Virus record (IMG/VR): IMGVR_UViG_3300028628_000004 | Length of the DNA: 64,000 bases | Source of the DNA: a virus | Taxonomy: Duplodnaviria > Caudoviricetes | Direction: 5' to 3' (one strand) | Shown: positions 57,471 through 64,000 of the stretch, one piece after another | How the letters are laid out: each line of letters opens with the position of its first letter | Position numbering within the stretch: the first letter of the stretch is position 1 | Program-made: the position numbers and the translations under genes | Notes under the pieces: model-generated | Told to the model about the DNA's origin: nothing | Databases searched by the model: none | Seen by the model: the letters and a program-made list of their open reading frames with translations, nothing else

Positions 57471-57998
57471 ATGACAGACTCCCCCGAGAAGCTATTTGAG
57501 CAAAAACTCAAAACCGAAGAAGTTAAACACGCTCAGTCGTTAATGGAAGCCCGCGCAATGGATTATGCCATTGTATGGGGTATCGCTACCAGATTCGCTA
57601 AGCCGTTCGAGCAGTGGAAAGCATTTAAGCTTGGTATCATTGACAAGGATGGTAACATTCTCCGTCCACTCAAGACACCAGCAGACAATGATGCCTTTAC
57701 GCCGCTTGACAACATCGTATGTCGCATAAAGAAGCTAGTCCCTAAGTACCTTTGGTACTTACTTTCGTTTTCTTATATCTTTCGTGGGTTTATAACCTAC
57801 TCTGCTTATAAGGGATCATACTACCTTAACGAGAAGCACGATGTTGAGAAAATGCAGGAAGAGCTACTTATACTTGAAGAAAAGAAGCTGGCAATATGTC
57901 GAGCCAAAAAAGAAATGGACAGTATAATAAAGGGGAACAGCAAGTTTACAGAAGAAGAATTCTGGAGCTATGTTGCGAACCTTAGAGACGAGGAATAA
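57471..57998 (+). CDS. Conserved T4-like hypothetical protein
   Basis: PF..WKAFKLGIIDKDGNIL motif. Confidence 0.65.
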   Translation: MTDSPEKLFEQKLKTEEVKHAQSLMEARAMDYAIVWGIATRFAKPFEQWKAFKLGIIDKDGNILRPLKTPADNDAFTPLDNIVCRIKKLVPKYLWYLLSFSYIFRGFITYSAYKGSYYLNEKHDVEKMQEELLILEEKKLAICRAKKEMDSIIKGNSKFTEEEFWSYVANLRDEE

Positions 57999-58625
57999 AT
58001 GAGCAAAGACAACTTGTTCAGTAAAGAAGACATCATGGAAACCCCAGAAGATGTCTTCGAAAAGGATAAAAGCTATCGTAAGAAAGTCAATGGCTGTCGC
58101 AAGGGTAAGACTTTTGAAAGGTCTATATGCGATGATTTAACTAAAAGATTTGGTGGTGTATTCCGTCGAGTTCCTACTTCCGGAGCTATGGTTGGTGGTA
58201 TAAACCGATTCAAATACGCTGAAATAAATGAAGCAGCTAAGATGACCCTTGCGGGTGATATAATCACTCCCACAGAATTTCCACTTGTAATCGAATGCAA
58301 GAATTACTACGACAGTCCCAAACTTCATAATCTTCTATCAATAGGAGACAAAGAGCTTGATGGGTGGATATCTCAGGCTAAAGGTGAATCTGAATTTGTA
58401 AAAAAGGATTGGGTTATTATATTTAAGATAACCGCCCTTCGTGGAAAGACATTTGTGACCCTAGATAAAAAGAGATTTCTTTCATTAAACGAGATATTTA
58501 CAGAATCTCATATACGATACAAGAGTAACATAATCATGGATTATGACCTATTCTTCGAAAAATATATAGGAGTATACTTTGAGTCCTATAAAAAAGACAA
58601 GGCAACTACTCCAATTGTTGTATAA
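57999..58625 (+). CDS. Holliday junction resolvase (Hjc-like PD-(D/E)XK)
   Basis: KG..FER, F.R.P.SG, GDI, IECK. Confidence 0.8.
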   Translation: MSKDNLFSKEDIMETPEDVFEKDKSYRKKVNGCRKGKTFERSICDDLTKRFGGVFRRVPTSGAMVGGINRFKYAEINEAAKMTLAGDIITPTEFPLVIECKNYYDSPKLHNLLSIGDKELDGWISQAKGESEFVKKDWVIIFKITALRGKTFVTLDKKRFLSLNEIFTESHIRYKSNIIMDYDLFFEKYIGVYFESYKKDKATTPIVV

Positions 58626-58653
58626 ATACTATTAGTAACAGGAGCAAACGACT

Positions 58654-59112
58654 ATGACTACCCCATCTAATAAAGAACTTTTCGCTCGTTTTCAGAAGAT
58701 CAACGAAGGTGTGATAAACGAGAGTGGTCCTGAAGATAATTCTGGATTTAAGACAGGCGAAGCCGTTGGGAAACTTTCAAAAGACGATCATTCCAAGCCA
58801 GTAACTCGTACAAGAGATCCTGGTGTTAAGGATGCTCCACAGGAATTCGACGCAAAGGATAAGAAACTTGACACTGATGGTGGTCATGAGCGTAAGCCTG
58901 GAGCAACCGAGTCTCCAGATAAGTTTGAGGGGTCAGAAAAGACTGTAAACGATAAGACAGATCAAGAGCGCACCCAGAATGCACTTGGTAAAGCACCTGT
59001 TGCAAAGGGAGCAGCAAAGTCCTTTGCTGATTTCCGCGATACTATTCGTGCTAAGATGGGATTGCCACTTGATGACAAGCTCAACAAGGGTAACGACGGG
59101 AAGATCCACTAA
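58654..59112 (+). CDS. Charged disordered late protein, paralog A
   Basis: TATAAATA at 58621-58628; KINE; C-terminal GLPLDDKLNKGNDG. Confidence 0.75.
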   Translation: MTTPSNKELFARFQKINEGVINESGPEDNSGFKTGEAVGKLSKDDHSKPVTRTRDPGVKDAPQEFDAKDKKLDTDGGHERKPGATESPDKFEGSEKTVNDKTDQERTQNALGKAPVAKGAAKSFADFRDTIRAKMGLPLDDKLNKGNDGKIH

Positions 59113-59157
59113 TTTATTAATCTAGATTTATAAATACATTCACAGGAGAAACATAAC

Positions 59158-59697
59158 ATGAAGAGTGACCTCAAGAGCCTTAAGGCAGAATTAAAGAAGA
59201 TTAACGAAGAGGAAAAGTCAGGTCCAGTAGGTGATGGTAAGGTTGACGGCGCTCCTGGCGTTCCAGAAGGTGGCGGTCCCGAAGCCAACAAGGGATTCAA
59301 GGCTGGAAAGCCAGTTGGATTCTTGTCAAAGGACACAAACTCCAAGCCTGTTCAAAAGGTAGCTAGAGCAGAAGGAGTAAAGGAAGCTCCAAAGGAATTC
59401 AAACCAGAAAATCCAGAGATGAAGGGCGCAAAGGCTACTGTTAAGCCGGTTGCTCGTGAAGCTGGCGCTTCGGCTGGTGTTAAGGAGACAGGCAAGGGAG
59501 ATAAGAACATTGGATCTAAGGAAGCTGTAGAAAAGGCACAACCAGTTGGTCGTGATTCCGGTTCTTCCGCTGGTGCTAAGGAAGTTGGAGAATATGGTGA
59601 TCTAACCAAGTTCCGTTCCAAGGTTCGTAGCGCATTTGGTCTTCCTCTTGATGACAAGCTCAACAAGGGCAATGACGGACTCAACAAGAAGTCATAA
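59158..59697 (+). CDS. Charged disordered late protein, paralog B
   Basis: TATAAATA at 59129-59136; KINE; C-terminal GLPLDDKLNKGNDG. Confidence 0.75.
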   Translation: MKSDLKSLKAELKKINEEEKSGPVGDGKVDGAPGVPEGGGPEANKGFKAGKPVGFLSKDTNSKPVQKVARAEGVKEAPKEFKPENPEMKGAKATVKPVAREAGASAGVKETGKGDKNIGSKEAVEKAQPVGRDSGSSAGAKEVGEYGDLTKFRSKVRSAFGLPLDDKLNKGNDGLNKKS

Positions 59698-59724
59698 GTT
59701 GTCAAATTAATACAAGATAAGAAC

Positions 59725-59749
59725 AAACCCAAGTCAAAAGCTTGGGTTT
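59725..59749 (+). terminator. Hairpin, probable terminator, overlapping the -35 of the rnh promoter
   Basis: AAACCCAAG-TCAAAAG-CTTGGGTTT. Confidence 0.55.
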
Positions 59750-59781
59750 GACTTTTTATATAAACGATGTAAAATAAACCA

Positions 59782-60672
59782 ATGAAGCACCTTCTCATTG
59801 ATTTCTCGTTAATTGCACATGCATCTCTCTTCACTACAAAAGAACAACTTAATCACGGTGGTTACGATCTACTTAAGCATATACTTTACAGAAGTATATT
59901 AGCAAGTATAAGTCAGTTTAAACCCGATAGAGTGTGGGTATGCTATGACGGTGGATCATCGTGGCGTAAGGAGTTTTCGGCATCATATAAAGCTAACCGC
60001 AAGGAAGTCAGAGAGAAACAATCAGTTGATAGTGGCGGTGATATAAATTGGGAAGCTTTCTATAAAGTACTGGATGATATGCAGAAAGAAATGAGAGAAA
60101 ACTTTCCATTTTGGGTGATACGGGTTAATACCATAGAAGCAGACGACATCATACATTATATAGTAAAAAACTCTTCGCCCCATGACGAAAATATCATCGT
60201 TACTCGTGATGGAGATTATGTTCAATTGCTTTATTATCCAAACACTAAAATTTACAATCCCATAGATCGTAAGTATATAACATGTGACAATCCTATATTT
60301 GCATTACAGCAAAAGATTTGCATGGGTGATAAGTCTGATAATATATTACCCATTAGACCTCGTTTCGGTGAGAAGACCGCTGAAAAGTATATCTTAGCAG
60401 GAGAACTTGATAAACTTCTAGAACAGGCTCAAAAAGATATCAAAGAAGTCGGAAAGCCGAAAGACCCACTCGCTGAAGCATATTATAAGAATCGTAAGTT
60501 AATAGACATGACACAGATTCCACCAACGCTTACGAAGTTAATAGAAGAAGCCATTACCAACTATAAAGTAAGTGATGGTAAGGGACTTTTTAAGTATTTT
60601 ATTACTAATGGTTTGCGTGAAATGACAGAGGACATCTCACGTATTAGGGGCGTTATTACAGGATTGACCTGA
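59782..60672 (+). CDS. rnh: T4 RNase H-like 5'-3' exonuclease
   Basis: LLID, WRK...YKANR, EADD, DGDYVQL, GDKSDNI. Confidence 0.92.
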   Translation: MKHLLIDFSLIAHASLFTTKEQLNHGGYDLLKHILYRSILASISQFKPDRVWVCYDGGSSWRKEFSASYKANRKEVREKQSVDSGGDINWEAFYKVLDDMQKEMRENFPFWVIRVNTIEADDIIHYIVKNSSPHDENIIVTRDGDYVQLLYYPNTKIYNPIDRKYITCDNPIFALQQKICMGDKSDNILPIRPRFGEKTAEKYILAGELDKLLEQAQKDIKEVGKPKDPLAEAYYKNRKLIDMTQIPPTLTKLIEEAITNYKVSDGKGLFKYFITNGLREMTEDISRIRGVITGLT

Positions 60673-61138
60673 TATAAGTGTCTATTGTTTGCTCAGTTAC
60701 AATGCGAAATGTCCACCCATTTTCCTCACATAACGCTATAGCCTTTTCCCATTTGGCTATATTTACAGCATAAGTCTCTGCCTCGTATTCGGCTAGTTTT
60801 TTTGATCTTCCCTTGCCCCATGGTAGGGGTTTTTTTGTTTGTTTAGCTGGTTTAATTTCAACCATTTCTACCCATGTTTTTTCTCCGTTCGTATATTTTA
60901 TCAGAAAATCTGGATGGTAATTCCATACAATCTGTTTACCTTCTTGTAAAGTTCTAATCGGGTGTACATATGGTATAAGAGGTTGTTCAGATGTCCATTG
61001 AAGAACGTGCATAGAAGTATCAAGCGCCAACATGAGTTTTCTTTCTAAATTTGAGCGTGCTATTGGTAGGCTTGTTCCCACATATTTAGTCACATTTTTA
61101 GGAGAAAAAACTCTAATTTGGGGATAAGATTTCTTCAT
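60656..61138 (-). CDS. gp4: Head completion nuclease (gp4, TnsA-like)
   Basis: PKN..KYVG, RS.LE, W.SE..IPY, YHPDF, EIKP.KQT, N.AKW. Confidence 0.88.
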   Translation of the reverse strand: MKKSYPQIRVFSPKNVTKYVGTSLPIARSNLERKLMLALDTSMHVLQWTSEQPLIPYVHPIRTLQEGKQIVWNYHPDFLIKYTNGEKTWVEMVEIKPAKQTKKPLPWGKGRSKKLAEYEAETYAVNIAKWEKAIALCEENGWTFRIVTEQTIDTYIRSIL

Positions 61139-62003
61139 TAAATTTCCTTATATTTTCATAAAGTTCATCAATAGTTATATCGCAATGATGATGTTTTCTT
61201 AGATTCTCTTTATAAGTTTTCATACATAGATTTGCTGGATGGGATATTATATCAAGCGGTACGTTATTTAAAAAACCATATAAAATACTAATTTTATGAT
61301 CTATATGGTATTCTATATTTCCTCTTCTATAGCCATTTGGATTTATTATATTAATGTATTTCTTATATGATGATAGAGACATACTTCTAGCTTTAGATTC
61401 ATATACATCATATTCGTCTCTGTCTTCATACGAGGAACATATTCCTCTTTTTATCTTTGTATCAATTCTTCTTTTATTTACATTTTTAATTTCTTCTTTT
61501 GAAGCTGTGTTATAGAAACTTGTTAAGTAAGAAACAATTTTTAATATAAACTTCTTTCTTTCTTCGCCTTCAAGCGAATTCAAATATCCAAATCGTTTAA
61601 CTCGTTCTTCTTTTGTGAGAGAATTTAGGAACACTAGATAATTTTCATAACGCTTATTACGCCATTCTTTTAACTTTTCTTCGTCATTATTTAATTCATT
61701 CCAAAAGTTAAACATCTTTGCTCTCATTTTCTCACAGAAAGACGCATATTTTTCTGGCTTCTGTTTTAATATTCTTCTTTTTAAAATACAACTACATTTA
61801 TATCCACATGTGTCACGATACCCCTTAGAAATATTTAAAAATTTAGTATCCCTACCGCATATTTGACACTTACCATCTGATTCTGTTTTTATATGTTTGT
61901 CGTAATATTCCTTAATAAATTTATAATGCTTATCTCTAACATGTTTTGAGAGTTTTCTAAAAGACATAAAATCCTTTTGACAGCATTTACATTTCATTAA
62001 CAT
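61113..62003 (-). CDS. HNH homing endonuclease with N-terminal Zn fingers
   Basis: CKCC..KH...H, CQIC; YHIDHKISI...HPANL...EN..K; TATAAATA at 62017-62024. Confidence 0.8.
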   Translation of the reverse strand: MLMKCKCCQKDFMSFRKLSKHVRDKHYKFIKEYYDKHIKTESDGKCQICGRDTKFLNISKGYRDTCGYKCSCILKRRILKQKPEKYASFCEKMRAKMFNFWNELNNDEEKLKEWRNKRYENYLVFLNSLTKEERVKRFGYLNSLEGEERKKFILKIVSYLTSFYNTASKEEIKNVNKRRIDTKIKRGICSSYEDRDEYDVYESKARSMSLSSYKKYINIINPNGYRRGNIEYHIDHKISILYGFLNNVPLDIISHPANLCMKTYKENLRKHHHCDITIDELYENIRKFNEEILSPN

Positions 62004-62075
62004 TTTCTCCTATTGATATTTATATGAAAAAAGAGTTATGAATGAAAATATTCTAACGATATAATAAATAAGAAT

Positions 62076-62687
62076 ATGCGTAAACAAATTCCATTCATAA
62101 AAAAAGAGACATTCCCTGGTGGAGTTCGTGATTTAATTGACAGAAAACCAGAAGGAGATAAACCAACTGGACCGGATCTTGATAAAGGTAAAAATATAGA
62201 CCTTGGTGATATTCTATCTTTTCAGTACATTGGGAGAGAAGTGTTAGACGGGGAAATAAAAAACAAAAATGCCGAAGTCAAACCTAATGACAGAGTAGTT
62301 CTTAATCCTCTTATTGTTTTTGGTGGGTATGATACTTCGTCAAGATGCATCATGGGGGTTGACTTGAAAAGATTCAAGCTGGAAAAACAAACAGCAGGAC
62401 TTACAGAAACACTCAGACTTCTAAGAAAATATTATTATTACTTAGAAGATGATAATGGAGTCAAGATTTGGAGAAAGAGAACATTTAAAGAAGTCCCATA
62501 CAATAGCCCAATATCATTTCAGTATGACAATTTTGGATCAGGGTGGGGATCGGTGGGAAAGTTACTGACAAGGTATTTTAAATCATACAAACCACTTCTT
62601 ATGCGCCAAGTTATTGTCATGCCACCAGATGTAGCCGAAATAGAATGTAACTCAACGGTCAGAACACTCCCTGGAAATGTCAAATAG
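62076..62687 (+). CDS. Possible DNA end protector (gp2-like)
   Basis: G.I.SFQY...PLIV...MGVDL...FKSY pattern; near gp4. Confidence 0.4.
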   Translation: MRKQIPFIKKETFPGGVRDLIDRKPEGDKPTGPDLDKGKNIDLGDILSFQYIGREVLDGEIKNKNAEVKPNDRVVLNPLIVFGGYDTSSRCIMGVDLKRFKLEKQTAGLTETLRLLRKYYYYLEDDNGVKIWRKRTFKEVPYNSPISFQYDNFGSGWGSVGKLLTRYFKSYKPLLMRQVIVMPPDVAEIECNSTVRTLPGNVK

Positions 62688-62720
62688 CCATTCATATAAA
62701 TAGAAAATAGGATTATACAT

Positions 62721-64000
62721 ATGCCGATTAGAAACTTTTTTGCGTTTGGAAATAGAGCTACTCCACAGATGCCGTCTGATATGTCAGCACGCGAAAAGGA
62801 GCTATTGGTTAAAACTCGTAATACGATTTTTAATGCTTTGGACTCAGACAAGAACGAGACACGTGAAGACGCTATATCCAAGGCACCAGTTACCGATCTT
62901 CGTGATGTTGGACAGGCGGCTGGTGACTATTCAATGTTCGTCAATGTATTTTCCAAGTACATTTACTCAGTAGAAAGAGATAAAAGAACTCGTGTATTGA
63001 TATATCGTGAGATGTCAAAATATCCAGAAATAGCTTTTGCTGTTGATGAATATGTTGATGAAGCTATCAATGAGAATTCAGATGGAAACTTCGCAGAGTT
63101 GCGAATAAGAAACGATGCTATACGTGAAAACGACAATCAGCGTAAGACTCTTATAGCTGAATTTAATCATCTTCTTTACGATGTTCTCAACGCAGATAAA
63201 CATGTAGCTCAGTGGTTCCGTGAGTTCATGATCGACGGTGAAATCTTCTTTGAGAAGATCATTGATAACAACGACGAAACAAAGGGTATCGTCAAGGTCA
63301 AGCGTTTGATGACTACTCGCTGCTATCCAATCTGGAAAGATATTGAATCCGATGAGATTCTATTCTATTCGTATCAATCAGACGATTCGCAGTTGCTATC
63401 ATTGCCTCGTGAGCAGATCGCCTATGCTAACTCTGGAAAATACGACTGGTCTAAAGAAGAGGACATGAAGCTATGTCTTTCTTTCCTTGAAGAAACAAAG
63501 ACAACTTATAAGAGACTTAAGCTTCTTGAAGATGCTCTTGTTATCTATCGTATCGTCCGTGCGCCAGAACGTCGTGTATTTAAGATAGATGTTGGAAATC
63601 TTCCAAAGGGAAGAGCCGATCAGTTCATGCAGGAGATGATAAAGAAGTATCGTCAGCGCAAGTTCTTCGATCCTAGCTCTGGTGATGTTTCAGAAGGTCT
63701 TGATATGATGGCAATGACCGAAGACTTCTGGTTTCCTGTATTCCAGAGCGGAAGATCTTCGGATGTCACTACTCTTCCCGGTGGTCAGGGGCTTGGCGAA
63801 ATAGCAGACGTTGAATACTTCCGTAACAAGATGTATCAGGGACTTAAGATACCTAAGAGTCGTTTCGGAGAGGATAATAAATTCTCCATTGGTGATACAC
63901 AGGATATTACCCGTGAAGAAGTCAAGTTTGTGAAAGAGGTCAAGCGTTATACGGAAAGATTCTCAGAGGTATTCAAGAATATATTCCTTACACATTTGCG
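62721..64000 (+). CDS. gp20: Portal protein gp20 (runs off the window end; absent from the ORF track)
   Basis: YREMSKYPEI..AVD, LEDALVIYRIVRAPERRVFKIDVGNLPK, EDFWFP, LPGGQGLGE; TATAAATA at 62695-62702. Confidence 0.95.
   Translation, partial: MPIRNFFAFGNRATPQMPSDMSAREKELLVKTRNTIFNALDSDKNETREDAISKAPVTDLRDVGQAAGDYSMFVNVFSKYIYSVERDKRTRVLIYREMSKYPEIAFAVDEYVDEAINENSDGNFAELRIRNDAIRENDNQRKTLIAEFNHLLYDVLNADKHVAQWFREFMIDGEIFFEKIIDNNDETKGIVKVKRLMTTRCYPIWKDIESDEILFYSYQSDDSQLLSLPREQIAYANSGKYDWSKEEDMKLCLSFLEETKTTYKRLKLLEDALVIYRIVRAPERRVFKIDVGNLPKGRADQFMQEMIKKYRQRKFFDPSSGDVSEGLDMMAMTEDFWFPVFQSGRSSDVTTLPGGQGLGEIADVEYFRNKMYQGLKIPKSRFGEDNKFSIGDTQDITREEVKFVKEVKRYTERFSEVFKNIFLTHL

Noticed and set aside
62740-62973. 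77-aa ORF in the track
   Set aside because: Out-of-frame overlap with the portal gene starting at 62721.

Overview
This is a 64-kb segment of a large T4-like (Tevenvirinae/Kyanoviridae-style, probably jumbo) phage genome read in the standard genetic code. (1) 1-4,200, minus strand: a dense RNA array of about 14 canonical tRNAs, one degenerate Thr-like tRNA, two D-armless tRNA-like RNAs, tRNAs carrying hairpin insertions, several CCA-ending non-tRNA RNAs and a GIY-YIG homing endonuclease. The array is headed by what looks like a ribosome-mediated attenuator. Its 21-codon leader ORF uses 21 different codons, most of them read by the array's own tRNAs, and its stop codon overlaps an antiterminator that competes with an intrinsic terminator. 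This is the top finding. (2) 4.2-18 kb: three DNA methyltransferases, a class II ribonucleotide reductase, two nuclease-like ORFs, a ligase-like/HIGH-nucleotidyltransferase fusion, a Pol-beta-type nucleotidyltransferase and a lytic transglycosylase. (3) 18-28.7 kb: a glycosylation island with about 9 glycosyltransferase-like genes, a methyltransferase, gmd and fcl; rmlB and an rmlC-rmlD fusion lie further on. (4) 28.7-54 kb: the T4-like replication and recombination core (gp61, regA, gp62, gp44, gp45, gp32, gp41, uvsX, gp43, gp55, gp47, gp46, uvsW, uvsY). (5) 54-64 kb: late and head genes, a Holliday junction resolvase, RNase H, gp4, an HNH endonuclease and the 5' part of portal gp20. T4 late promoters (TATAAATA) recur, as do sigma70-like promoters with an unusual constant 16-bp spacer, often leaderless. 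All calls come from motif reading and hand folding; no database searches were run.
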